Assembly: GCA_005893295.1 (NCBI GenBank)
Contig: VBOY01000039.1
Location: forward strand, 19,541-54,462
Length of the DNA: 34,922 bases
Source: Candidatus Eiseniibacteriota bacterium
GTDB taxonomy: Bacteria > Eisenbacteria > RBG-16-71-46
Direction: 5' to 3'
Under the pieces are notes generated by a model that was not told the DNA's origin, did no database searches, and was given only the letters and a program-made list of their open reading frames with translations. Shown piece by piece: positions 1 through 8,876 of this stretch (positions within the stretch are counted from its first letter, which is position 1; every line of letters starts with the position of its first letter). Position numbers and translations under genes: made by a program.

Positions 1-309
1 TTCGTGAATCGGTCCGGGCCCCCGCTCGGCCTGTTCGACAAGGCCTCCTTCGCCCGCGAAGGCGCCCGACTCGAGCCCGGCGACACCGTTCTGCTCTACA
101 CCGATGGGCTCACCGAAGCGATGGACGGGAGCCGACGGTTTCTCGGCGTCGACCGCGTGAAACAGGTGCTCGCGGAGCATTGCCTCGAACCCGAGGACCA
201 GCTGTGCGAGCGCCTGCTCGAGGAGCTGCGGTTCCACGTGGGGAGGGGAGGCTTGTCGGACGATCTGACGCTGATCGTGGCGCGGGCGGTACCTTACGCC
301 CGCTCTTGA
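1..309 (+). CDS. C-terminal fragment of a PP2C-type (SpoIIE/RsbU-like) serine phosphatase; the 5' end lies outside the window
   Basis: The translated tail contains 'LYTDGLTEAMDG' and 'SDDLTLIV', typical of the C-terminal metal-binding region of PPM/SpoIIE phosphatases. The ORF is open to the window edge. Confidence 0.55.
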   Translation, partial: FVNRSGPPLGLFDKASFAREGARLEPGDTVLLYTDGLTEAMDGSRRFLGVDRVKQVLAEHCLEPEDQLCERLLEELRFHVGRGGLSDDLTLIVARAVPYARS

Positions 310-421
310 GGTCCCGCTGCATGAATGTGCAGTCGCGAGCCGTCGTTTCGTCAAAGACTTAGGGGCCGCGTGTCAAGCAGGCCCGTGGGGAGGCGGTTGA
401 CGCCTCCCTCGGCTTCCCTCA

Positions 422-1630
422 GTGTCACCCGACATGAGCCCGTCCCGGCAGGCCGCCGGCCAGGGACCCACCGCCAACCCGACGGGATCCTCGCTGGATC
501 GGCGAAGGTTCCTGATCGTTCTTGGGGGTGCGGCCGCTCACGCGGCCCTGGCGCCGCATGCGGCGTGGTCGCGCAAGCTGGGCCTGCCGTTGCCGGCGCT
601 CCAGCCCTGGACTCTTCCCGCCGATCCTCCCGCAAGCGCCCTCGAGCTGGCCCGGGCGCTGGTTGGCGCCGCCATTCTGGCTCCCAGCAACTGGAACAGC
701 CAGCCCTGGCGCATGGAGGTGGACGGCGGCTCGATCCGGCTTCTCGCCGACCCGACGCGAGCGCTGCCCGTCACGGATCCCGACCGCTCCGGAATGCTGG
801 TCTCCCTGGGAGCCGCGCTCGAGAACATGTTGGTGACGATGCGCGCCTACGGTCTGAGGCCTACCGTCCGTTACTTTCCCGCGGGCGACTCGCGCGGACC
901 GGTCGCCGAGGTGACCTGGACCGGCGACGAAGCGCGGCGCGATCGCCAGCTCTTCGCCGCGATCCCCAACCGCCGGACCAACCGGCGCTCCTACGATGGA
1001 CGCGGGATCTTCATGCAGAACCGGGCCGCTCTCGCCGCCCAGATGTCCGAGGACTTGAGGCTCCACTGGATCGGCGACCGCGACCAGATCCGCAACGTCG
1101 CCGACCTGCTCCAGGACGCGACGCGTGCCCAGGTGCTCGACGCGGCCTCCGAGCGCGAGCGGCTGGCGTGGATGCGGTTCGGCGACGACCAGGCGCGCGA
1201 GCGCGGCGACGGCGTCACCGTGGACGATCTCGAGCTGGGTGGGCCGGCGCGCTGGTTCGCGAGGCGCTATTTCAATCCGCGCAGCCGTTTCATCGGGCTC
1301 GGAGCCGGGAGCGCCGGCAAGCAGGCCCGCGAGGCGATCGGCTCGTCGGGGGCGCTGGCGCTGCTCGCCGCGCCGCGGCGCACGGAGTTCTCGTGCCTCA
1401 CGGGTGGTCAGGCCTACGAGCGGTTCGCGCTCAAAGCCACCCAGCTCGGCATCGCCCATCAGCCGATGAACGCCGCGATCGAGGTCGAACGCTTCCGCCC
1501 CGATCTGGCGCGCAGCTTCGGCGCCCCGGGCGAGCACCCGCTCATGCTGGTGCGACTCGGCCACGCGAAGCGGCCACGACCCAGCCTGCGGCGCGCGGTG
1601 GCGTTGGTGGCGAGCTTCCGCAACACCTAG
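422..1630 (+). CDS. Tat-signal nitroreductase-superfamily (Acg-like) FMN-binding protein
   Basis: Twin-arginine motif 'DRRRFLIVLGGAAAHA' at the N-terminus. The nitroreductase-like motif 'PSNWNSQPWRMEV' is present, and the size (about 400 aa) fits Acg-type tandem nitroreductase folds. The start could be 422 or 434. Confidence 0.55.
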   Translation: MSPDMSPSRQAAGQGPTANPTGSSLDRRRFLIVLGGAAAHAALAPHAAWSRKLGLPLPALQPWTLPADPPASALELARALVGAAILAPSNWNSQPWRMEVDGGSIRLLADPTRALPVTDPDRSGMLVSLGAALENMLVTMRAYGLRPTVRYFPAGDSRGPVAEVTWTGDEARRDRQLFAAIPNRRTNRRSYDGRGIFMQNRAALAAQMSEDLRLHWIGDRDQIRNVADLLQDATRAQVLDAASERERLAWMRFGDDQARERGDGVTVDDLELGGPARWFARRYFNPRSRFIGLGAGSAGKQAREAIGSSGALALLAAPRRTEFSCLTGGQAYERFALKATQLGIAHQPMNAAIEVERFRPDLARSFGAPGEHPLMLVRLGHAKRPRPSLRRAVALVASFRNT

Positions 1631-1636
1631 CGGGTC

Positions 1637-2305
1637 TCAAGGGCTCGAAACCCGCTCGAGCCCGAAGCGCGGGCCCCCGGGCGGGCCCCGCGAGACCGTG
1701 AACGTCAGCGAGGGATCGGGGCCCAAGATCTCCACCAAATGGTCGAGCACGGTGGCGCGTGGGCTCAAGGTGACGGAGGGTGCCGCGGCGTTCTCCCGGG
1801 TGCTCGCGGGCGGCGGCACTGCCCACGACGCGAAGCCCGTTACGTGACCGCGTAGCCACAGGGAATAGCGGCGCGCCGCCTCGGGCTGGGGGATCCCGGT
1901 AAACGCCTCGCGCGGCAGGGTCACCAGCCGGAAGAACTTCGGGTCCCGCGGATGAATCACGATCCGTCCCCGCACCAGGACGAAGCCGTAGGCGCGATCC
2001 TGTCGCACCAGGCTTTCGAGGACGGCGGCCACGCTGAGCCCGCGGCTCGGCAGGTTGACCGGGCGTTCCCGATCGAAGGCGATGAAGTTGACCGGCACCC
2101 CGCGGTCGCGTAGCGACCGCACCAGAACCGAAGCCACGGCGGTCGTCGGCAGGGTCACCACCCAGGTGAGCACGTTGCCAGTGCGCGTTTCGACGGGCGC
2201 CGCCGGGCTGACTTCCGCCCGGCCGTGGGAGACCGTCGCGAAGGCGAGCCAGGCGAGTCCCCCGAGTACCGCGCCCGCGCGCTCACGGAGCCGGTGTCGG
2301 TTCAT
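1637..2305 (-). CDS. Hypothetical secreted protein
   Basis: N-terminal signal peptide ('AVLGGLAWLAFATVSHG'). It overlaps the upstream L,D-transpeptidase gene by ATGA. No recognisable domain. Confidence 0.4.
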   Translation of the reverse strand: MNRHRLRERAGAVLGGLAWLAFATVSHGRAEVSPAAPVETRTGNVLTWVVTLPTTAVASVLVRSLRDRGVPVNFIAFDRERPVNLPSRGLSVAAVLESLVRQDRAYGFVLVRGRIVIHPRDPKFFRLVTLPREAFTGIPQPEAARRYSLWLRGHVTGFASWAVPPPASTRENAAAPSVTLSPRATVLDHLVEILGPDPSLTFTVSRGPPGGPRFGLERVSSP

Positions 2306-3261
2306 CGTAGGGAAGGAGAGGACGGGGCCGAAAGGCTGTCCGCGCGCGCCGGAGGTTTCGAGGCGGCTTCGCTCGCCGGGGGTTCCAGGTAGGCGTTAAG
2401 CGCCCGCTCGATCTCGTAGAGCGGCACGTTCGTGGCCGTGGAGTCGGCGGCCAAGCGTCGCCAGGGCGATTTCTTGCCGTAGGCGAAGGCCCCGAACACC
2501 ACCACTGGAGTGCCGGGCTTAAGGATACGTCGCGGGTCGTTGCGATCGAGCTTCCACTCGTCGACCCAATCGTAGAGCCAGATCGCGTCGTCCTCGAGCA
2601 GCCGTATGCACGAGTGGCTCGCCGGGTAGCCCGGCAGGTCGAACAGATGGAACGAGATGCCGACGAAGTTCTCCAGGTTGACGTACCATTTGAGCAGCCA
2701 TTCTTCGTTGAACGTGCTCGTGCGCTCCTTGTCCTTCCAGTTCGTGTGATAGAGGCCCTCGGGCGTGGGGAGCGACTCTCGGCCGGTGCTCGTCGGTCCC
2801 CAGCGGGCGAGCGAGCCGCTCTGGTATGCCGCAAACGCCTGGACACGACGTGACACGAGCAGCAGCTTCGCCAGGTCTCGGGCGCCCGGCACCTGGCGTG
2901 GGAAGGGCGACAAGGCGAGCAGGTCCGCGGTGGTGTCGGTCGGCACCATGAGGCTGTCGCCGGTGCGCACGTGAAGCGAGTCGCGCCGGTTCACCTTGAG
3001 CACGAGTAGAAAGCGCGCCGGGCCGAGCTCGCGGGCGAGGGTACGGAGCGTCTTGTCGTCCGGGATCTTGACCGTCCGATAGCCCGGCTGGTGCACCACC
3101 GTGTCGGGGGGAACCGGTGACGGGACCGGAGCGGGATGCGCGAGGGCTGCGAGCGAGTCACGCGTGGCCTCGCCGGTGGGACGAGGACCCGCGCACCCCG
3201 CGAGGCCGATGACCATCGCCGCCGCGGCGAGGGCCGCTCGGCTGCGCGGCGGGGGGCTCAT
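2302..3261 (-). CDS. Lipoprotein with a LysM-like domain and an L,D-transpeptidase (YkuD) catalytic domain
   Basis: Lipobox 'VIGLAGCAG' after an internal Met (the ORF extends upstream to 3528 but lacks signal-peptide logic). The YkuD catalytic motif 'PASHSCIRL' is present, and 'YRTVKIP...GDSLMVP' resembles LysM. Confidence 0.7.
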   Translation of the reverse strand: MSPPPRSRAALAAAAMVIGLAGCAGPRPTGEATRDSLAALAHPAPVPSPVPPDTVVHQPGYRTVKIPDDKTLRTLARELGPARFLLVLKVNRRDSLHVRTGDSLMVPTDTTADLLALSPFPRQVPGARDLAKLLLVSRRVQAFAAYQSGSLARWGPTSTGRESLPTPEGLYHTNWKDKERTSTFNEEWLLKWYVNLENFVGISFHLFDLPGYPASHSCIRLLEDDAIWLYDWVDEWKLDRNDPRRILKPGTPVVVFGAFAYGKKSPWRRLAADSTATNVPLYEIERALNAYLEPPASEAASKPPARADSLSAPSSPSLR

Positions 3262-3373
3262 GACGCGCCCGCTCGGGGTGCGGCAGCCGCGAGGGCCTTC
3301 GAGTGCGGGTGCGGCCTGCCGGGCGCGTGGGATCATCCAGGGACCGCATTGTGCCGTAGCGCGCGGTTTCGTT

Positions 3374-3387
3374 CCAGGTTCACCTGG
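3374..3387. promoter_or_regulatory. Perfect-arm palindrome CCAGGT-tc-ACCTGG in the divergent promoter region between the L,D-transpeptidase and HMA genes
   Basis: A 14-bp inverted repeat sits about 37 bp upstream of the HMA gene ATG. It is a candidate operator for a metal-responsive regulator. Confidence 0.25.
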
Positions 3388-3423
3388 GCTACGCTCTGGG
3401 TGTACGGCCGGACGAGGGATTCG

Positions 3424-3774
3424 ATGCGAACCGGAAACTGGAACACCCTGGCGATGGTGGCGGGCGTGATCGCGCTCGCGATCGGTGGCCCGTGGCTCGC
3501 GGGGCAGCTCAAGTCGCTGCCACATCAAGAGAGCCTCGCGGCGCGCGCCGGGCAGCGCGTGGTCGCGCTCGAAGTCGGCGGGATGACCTGTGCGGGGTGC
3601 GCCGCCAAGGTGAGCGGCGAGCTATCGCGGGTCGCCGGCGTTTCGGCGGTCGATGTGCGCCTCCGCCAGCAGCGCGCCTTCGTGGTCTGCGACCGGGCTG
3701 TTTCCGACACCAGCCTGGTGGCTGCGGTCCACCGCGCCGGCCCGGGTTTCCTGGCCGCCGTCTCCGCGCCGTAG
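3424..3774 (+). CDS. Membrane-anchored or periplasmic heavy-metal-associated (HMA) domain metallochaperone (MerP/CopZ-like)
   Basis: N-terminal hydrophobic segment followed by the 'GMTCAGCAAKV' CxxC HMA motif. RBS GAGGGA with 4-nt spacing. The ORF is read from the internal Met of ORF 3136..3774. Confidence 0.7.
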   Translation: MRTGNWNTLAMVAGVIALAIGGPWLAGQLKSLPHQESLAARAGQRVVALEVGGMTCAGCAAKVSGELSRVAGVSAVDVRLRQQRAFVVCDRAVSDTSLVAAVHRAGPGFLAAVSAP

Positions 3775-3812
3775 CGCCGAGCCGGCGCCGCCATCTCGCC
3801 AAGAGGGATTCG

Positions 3813-5288
3813 ATGCGCTCTCGCCGCTGCGCACTGCTCGCTCTCTTGCTGACCCCCGTCTCGGCGCTCGCCGACCCCTTCGCCGATTTCCGAATTCCGG
3901 AGCATCGGACGTACCGCTGGGATGCGAGCCTGTCGGGTGATGCCTACCGTCTGGGCTCGAGCCAGGATCGGTACGAATCCCACAGCCGCCAGGCGCGCGC
4001 GGCCGCTGGGACGGACGGATACTGGCTGCGCGACTCGGACCCACAACGCACGCTGCTCGCGGCCAGCGCGTTCGTGGACGGGTCGCGTGCGTCCGCCGAA
4101 TCGCGAGGTCCATCCGGCGGCCAGACGGTGAAGGAGCGGTCTGTTCGGGAATCGTGGATGGTCTCGGCCTCGCACCGCCGATACGTGTGGGACGCGCCGG
4201 GCGGGCTCGATCTCGGGGCGTCCGCGCGCGGCGACTACGGGCAATTCTGGCATCGCGAACAGGATCGGCAGGAGGGCCTCTTTGGGTCTTCGCCCTTCGT
4301 CGACACGTTCGGCGAGCGCGACGAGAGCTGGCTCTATCGTTATCAGGTCATCGCGACCGGTGCCGTGGGCCTGGGGCGCGTGCGCGATGCCACGCCGGTC
4401 TACGATGCGTGGGCGTTCGAGGAGCGACTGAGGAGCCGAGGTGTCCTCGCCGGCCCGCTTTCCCAGCGCACGCGGGAGCGCCTCGCCTCGCTGCTCGTCC
4501 TGCGCGACGTCGAGGCCGCGGTCCTGGACCGACCAGGGAAGACCTTCTGGTCGGAACTGACAGCGATCCTCTCCGAAGACCAGGCCATGGAAGGAAAGGT
4601 CCTCGATGCGGCAACCGTGTTGCGAGTGCTTGAGCCCTACCAGGGGGCAGTCGCCGTGACGCGCGGATTCCTTCCACGCTCGCCGATCGCCCGACTGCGC
4701 GGCTCCTTCCTGGCGCTCGAGGTCCAAGGATCTCATTTGCACTTCATCGAGCGACGGAGCCAAGACACGTCCGACGAGCACACGGTGAACGACACGCTCT
4801 ACGCGGCCTTCTCGTCCAGTTCCTCGACACGACAGGCCGCGAGCCAGGACGAGATCCTCTTCGGTCCGCACGCCGAGCTCCATCGCCCCATGGGGCTGGC
4901 GTGGCAGGTCGACGCGTCCGGCGACATTCTCTTTCCCACCAAGGATCCTGCCCACGGGCTGCGCGTCGTCTCGAGCGCAGCGGCGGGAGTGCTGATGGCC
5001 GATCGGTGGCTCGCCAGGCTCTTCGTCGATCAGATTCGAACCATCGTGGAGGATGTTCGGGTTCCCGTGGTTCGGGGCGCCGACGCCTGGCAGGTGAGGT
5101 TCGGCGCGAAGCTCTCGTGGTACCTGGAGGATCACGTAGAGGTCGTGCTGGGTGTCCAGGACGAACAGCAGAGCAAGGGCCCACACAGCTTCGTGCGCCA
5201 GGACGGCGTCTCGATCGGCCTTAACTACCGCATCGCCGGCGGCGTCGAAGCCCCGGGCCTGATCGCGCCGGCTCGCATCCGACCCTGA
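3813..5288 (+). CDS. Hypothetical secreted protein, possibly an outer-membrane beta-barrel, in the metal-efflux cluster
   Basis: Signal peptide 'MRSRRCALLALLLTPVSALA'. Alternating amphipathic beta-like segments occur toward the C-terminus ('GVSIGLNYRIAGG'). The translation-initiation 15-mer is identical to that of the upstream HMA gene. Confidence 0.45.
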   Translation: MRSRRCALLALLLTPVSALADPFADFRIPEHRTYRWDASLSGDAYRLGSSQDRYESHSRQARAAAGTDGYWLRDSDPQRTLLAASAFVDGSRASAESRGPSGGQTVKERSVRESWMVSASHRRYVWDAPGGLDLGASARGDYGQFWHREQDRQEGLFGSSPFVDTFGERDESWLYRYQVIATGAVGLGRVRDATPVYDAWAFEERLRSRGVLAGPLSQRTRERLASLLVLRDVEAAVLDRPGKTFWSELTAILSEDQAMEGKVLDAATVLRVLEPYQGAVAVTRGFLPRSPIARLRGSFLALEVQGSHLHFIERRSQDTSDEHTVNDTLYAAFSSSSSTRQAASQDEILFGPHAELHRPMGLAWQVDASGDILFPTKDPAHGLRVVSSAAAGVLMADRWLARLFVDQIRTIVEDVRVPVVRGADAWQVRFGAKLSWYLEDHVEVVLGVQDEQQSKGPHSFVRQDGVSIGLNYRIAGGVEAPGLIAPARIRP

Positions 5289-5325
5289 AGGCACGCGCCT
5301 CGGGCCCTGTGCTAACGTCGCCGTC

Positions 5326-7689
5326 ATGAGCGGCACGGTCGGCGACAAGTTCGAGCCGCACGCACCCGAGCACCCGCCGCTCGGCGGCGGCGGCGGCTGC
5401 CTCGAAATCCTCTCCGATCGGCTCCAATCGAGCCCCGGCGTGGTGGCGATCGAGGCCGATTTCCGCGCCGGAACGCTCACCGTCCGCTACCAGCCGCAGC
5501 TCGTGGCGCCCGAACAGCTCAACGCCCTGGCCGACGACGTGGCGGAGCTGTTCGCGCAGCGGGTCACGTACTGCGAACGGCGTGAGTCGCTCGGGAGCTG
5601 TCACGAGTGCGCGCTCAGGCTGGGAAGCATGTCGCCCGCCGCGGGTCGCGAGTTCACGGTCACCGCCGATCCCGGGCGGGTGGGGCTGTCGCGCAGCCGC
5701 GTGCCCCCGGACGTGGCCGAGATGGTGCGGCCCCTGTCCCGCGCCAAGCCGTGGGGCGCCCCGTTCTCCCCTGCCGAGCAGGCCCAATACGCCAAGGGCC
5801 GCGCCATGGCGGTGCTCACGGCCACCTGCCTCGCTTTCCTGGTCGCCGGCATGGTGCTCGAGCGCGCCGGCGTCGCGGCGATCTGGCGCCACGCCGCCTA
5901 TCTCGCGTCGGCGTTCGCCGGAGGTTGGTTCGCATTGCGCTCCTCGCTCCAGGCGCTCGCGCGTCTGCGCTTCGATGTCAACCTGCTCATGATCCTGGCG
6001 GCACTCGGCGCGGGGCTCATCGGCTACGTGTTCGAAGCCGCGGTGCTCATGTTCCTGTTTTCGCTCAGCAACACGCTCGAGGTCTACACCATGGGACGGA
6101 CGCGCCGGGCGCTGCACGCTCTGCTCAAGCTGCGTCCGTCTCGCGCCCTGGTGCGGCGCGGCACCCGCGAGATCGAAGTCGAGGCCGAGGATGTCCAGGT
6201 GGGCGAGCGCGTGATCGTCAAACCGGGCGAAGCGATCCCGGTGGATGGCCGGGTCGCCGCCGGCGACTCGCTCGTCGACCAGAGCAACCTCACCGGCGAG
6301 TCCGTGCCGGTGCCCAAAGGGGCGGGCGATTCGGTGTTCGCGGGCACGCTCAACCAGCAAGGAGCGCTCGAGGTGCTCACGACGCGGGCCGCGGGCGACA
6401 CGACGCTCGCGCGCATCGTCGCGCTCGTGCAGGAAGCGCAGGCACAGAAGTCGCGCACCGAGGAGGTGGCCGAGTGGGTGGGGCGCTACTACACGATCGG
6501 CGTCCTGCTCGCGGCGGCGGCGATGATCCTGGTGCCGCCGCTCGCGCTCCGGCACGAGTTCCGCTCGTCATTCTACCGGGCGATGACGCTGCTCGTGGTG
6601 GCGTCCCCGTGCGCGCTCGTGATCGCCACGCCGGCCACCATCTTGTCGGCAATTGCCAACGCCGCGCGCCACGGCATCCTTTTCAAGGGAGGTCGATTCA
6701 TCGAAGCGCTCGGCCGGGTGCGCGCGGTGGCCTTCGACAAGACCGGGACTCTCACTCGCGGGCGCTTCGAAGTGACCGACGTGGTCCCCTTGGACGGCCT
6801 GCCGGAGACGCAGCTGCTGTCGTGGGCCGCCAGCGCCGAAAAGCGCTCCCAGCATCCGCTCGCCCAGGCGGTGGTGCGGGCAGCCGAAGCGCGCGGCGCG
6901 ACGACTACGCCGGCCGAGCAACTCACCGCCCACCTGGGCAAGGGCCTGGTGGCCGCGGTGAACGGCGCGACGATCGAGATCGGCACGCCCGATCTGTTCG
7001 CGCAGCTCGGCGTCACGGTACCGCGCGCAGGGACCGAGCTGGTCTCGCGCTTCAGTCGCGACGGCAAGACCCCGATGTTGGTGCGCTGCGGCGACGCCTG
7101 GGGGGTGATCGCCGCCGCCGACGAGGTGCGTCCGGCCGCGGCGGGAACGGTGGCCGCGCTGCGCGCGATCGGGGTCCGCGCGGTGGCGCTGTTGTCGGGA
7201 GACGCGGTTCAGACGGTGGAAGCGATCGCTCGCCGCACCGCGGTGGACGAGCATCATGGCGCGCTCCTTCCCGAGGACAAGGTGCGCGTGGTGGCGGACC
7301 TCGAGCGCCGGCACGGCGCGGTCGCGATGGTGGGTGACGGCGTCAACGACGCGCCGGCCCTGGCCCGCGCCACCGTCGGCGTGGCGATGGGCGGCATCGG
7401 GAGCGATGCGGCGATGGAGAGCGCCGACGTGGTGCTGATGGGGGACGACCTGACGTCGCTTCCGTATGCGCTCTCGCTCGCGCGGCGGGCGCGCCGCGTG
7501 GTGATTCAGAACGTTACCGTCGCCTCGGGCGTGATGGTGGTGCTCGTGTCGTTGGTCTTTTTCGGCCACCTGACGCCGCTCGGGCCACTCAAGCTCCCGG
7601 CCGCGGTTTCGGGCCACGAGGGGAGCACGGTGGTCGTCATCCTGAACGGGTTGCGACTGCTGGCGGGCAAGCGCGTCGCCGCGACCTAA
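5326..7689 (+). CDS. P1B-4-type heavy-metal-translocating P-type ATPase (Co/Ni/Zn/Fe class) with an N-terminal extension
   Basis: Motifs 'DKTGTLT', 'GDGVNDAPAL' and 'LTGES' are present. The transmembrane motif is 'SPC', not CPC, and the TM8 motif is 'HEGST'; both are P1B-4 signatures. The N-terminal roughly 150 aa look like a degenerate HMA fold with a single Cys, plus a 'CERRESLGSCHEC' cluster. Confidence 0.9.
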   Translation: MSGTVGDKFEPHAPEHPPLGGGGGCLEILSDRLQSSPGVVAIEADFRAGTLTVRYQPQLVAPEQLNALADDVAELFAQRVTYCERRESLGSCHECALRLGSMSPAAGREFTVTADPGRVGLSRSRVPPDVAEMVRPLSRAKPWGAPFSPAEQAQYAKGRAMAVLTATCLAFLVAGMVLERAGVAAIWRHAAYLASAFAGGWFALRSSLQALARLRFDVNLLMILAALGAGLIGYVFEAAVLMFLFSLSNTLEVYTMGRTRRALHALLKLRPSRALVRRGTREIEVEAEDVQVGERVIVKPGEAIPVDGRVAAGDSLVDQSNLTGESVPVPKGAGDSVFAGTLNQQGALEVLTTRAAGDTTLARIVALVQEAQAQKSRTEEVAEWVGRYYTIGVLLAAAAMILVPPLALRHEFRSSFYRAMTLLVVASPCALVIATPATILSAIANAARHGILFKGGRFIEALGRVRAVAFDKTGTLTRGRFEVTDVVPLDGLPETQLLSWAASAEKRSQHPLAQAVVRAAEARGATTTPAEQLTAHLGKGLVAAVNGATIEIGTPDLFAQLGVTVPRAGTELVSRFSRDGKTPMLVRCGDAWGVIAAADEVRPAAAGTVAALRAIGVRAVALLSGDAVQTVEAIARRTAVDEHHGALLPEDKVRVVADLERRHGAVAMVGDGVNDAPALARATVGVAMGGIGSDAAMESADVVLMGDDLTSLPYALSLARRARRVVIQNVTVASGVMVVLVSLVFFGHLTPLGPLKLPAAVSGHEGSTVVVILNGLRLLAGKRVAAT

Positions 7690-7979
7690 GCCGCCGGCTC
7701 GGCCGCGCCGAGTTGCCTCCAGTAGCGTGATCCGTCGGCCTCACGATCCAGGAACCGATGGTCGATCAACGCGCGGCGCAGCGACACCCAGTCGCCGAAC
7801 GTGTGCAGACGCTGGAGAATCTGGTTCACCTCGCGCTCGGAGTACTGACGCCCGACCGCGAATTCGGCCGCCAGGTGCGCGAGCATCAGCTTCTGGTCCT
7901 TGAGCTTCGCGGGCCACACCTTGAGACGGCCCTCGGCATCGAGGAAGCGGCGCAGCCGCGCGTGCGGGTCTGCGAACAT
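7686..7979 (-). CDS. DUF2087 domain protein
   Basis: 'YSEREVNQILQRL...LRRALIDHRFLDRE' matches the DUF2087 pattern. The start is taken at the Met that forms an ATGA overlap with the upstream gene. Confidence 0.5.
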   Translation of the reverse strand: MFADPHARLRRFLDAEGRLKVWPAKLKDQKLMLAHLAAEFAVGRQYSEREVNQILQRLHTFGDWVSLRRALIDHRFLDREADGSRYWRQLGAAEPAA

Positions 7980-8680
7980 CACCGGCCGGCCGTGATGCCG
8001 CCCGCGGTGCGTCTCATCCCCGCACCCCGGGACTCCAACGAGGTGACGATCACGTTGTCGTAGTAGACCGTGCACTCACCCACGCCGCCGGTATAGGCCG
8101 CGAGCGCGATCCGCCCGTTCTGTTGCTGCTTGCCGTCCGAACGTTCGAGCAGCAGGACTCCGTCCACCCACACGCGGTAGCGGGTGCCCCGCGCCTCGAC
8201 CCGCAGATGGTGCCAGGCGCCGTTCGCGTTTTCGACCCGGGCCTTCACGAGCGGCCATTGGCGCCGATGGAGCAACACATCCTGGTAGCCGGGCCCGCGC
8301 AGGTCCACGCCGATCCCGCTGTCTCCGACGATCCTCACCACCACCCCCTTGTCCACCCCGCGCATCATGCAGACGTCGAGATCGACCGCGTAGTCCCCCC
8401 ACTCCTGGGACCCGGCGTAGAGGAATGATCGCTCCTGCTTGCGATCCGGCAGATCGGCTCGCAGCACTCCGCGGCGCACCGACCACACGTGCTCGCGATC
8501 CGCGGCCCAGCCCGCGAGATCGCCGCGGTTGAAGTCGCTGGCGAACAACACGACCCCGGTGACGTGGGCCGGCTTAGGACCGGGCGGAGGCGCGGTCTCG
8601 CGCACCGGGTCGGAGACCGCCGCGCACAGAAGGACCCCGGCAACGATCGATGGATAACTGCGAGGTTCGAGCCCGCGCAT
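7979..8680 (-). CDS. Secreted DUF1080/LamG-like jelly-roll protein (putative 3-keto-disaccharide-hydrolase-like)
   Basis: Signal peptide 'SIVAGVLLCAAVS' after an internal Met. The C-terminal pattern 'NGRIALAAYTGGVGECTVYYDNVIV' is DUF1080-like. Confidence 0.45.
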   Translation of the reverse strand: MRGLEPRSYPSIVAGVLLCAAVSDPVRETAPPPGPKPAHVTGVVLFASDFNRGDLAGWAADREHVWSVRRGVLRADLPDRKQERSFLYAGSQEWGDYAVDLDVCMMRGVDKGVVVRIVGDSGIGVDLRGPGYQDVLLHRRQWPLVKARVENANGAWHHLRVEARGTRYRVWVDGVLLLERSDGKQQQNGRIALAAYTGGVGECTVYYDNVIVTSLESRGAGMRRTAGGITAGR

Positions 8681-8876
8681 GGTGAGCCTAGGCTGTGCGC
8701 TTTTGACGACGGAGTCAACGTGATCGTGATGGCGGGCCAGGTATCGGCATCCGGTCATCCGCCCTGCACCATCATGCCCCAACGGGGTTTGCGATGACGA
8801 CCGCACCGGCGGTTCGCACGCTGGGCGAGTACGCGCGTTGCCGCTCCCTCGGGGCCGCTGTAGACTGCCGCGCTCT

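Noticed and set aside
325-1701. Long Arg/Pro/Gly-rich ORFs in alternative frames or antisense to real genes. Other examples are 3525..5480, 5221..6555, 5607..7337, 12886..14043, 14749..16731, 23044..24222, 24201..25427 and 25504..27384.
   Set aside because: At about 70% GC, stop codons are rare in all frames. These translations are low-complexity (R/A/G/P) with no domain signatures, and they overlap ORFs that carry unmistakable protein-family motifs in another frame.
3411-3430. 'gggattcgatgcgaacc', which superficially resembles a tRNA T-arm (GGTTCGAATCC-like).
   Set aside because: No acceptor, anticodon or D-arm can be built around it. It is simply the RBS/start context of the HMA gene, duplicated verbatim at 3803 ahead of the next gene.
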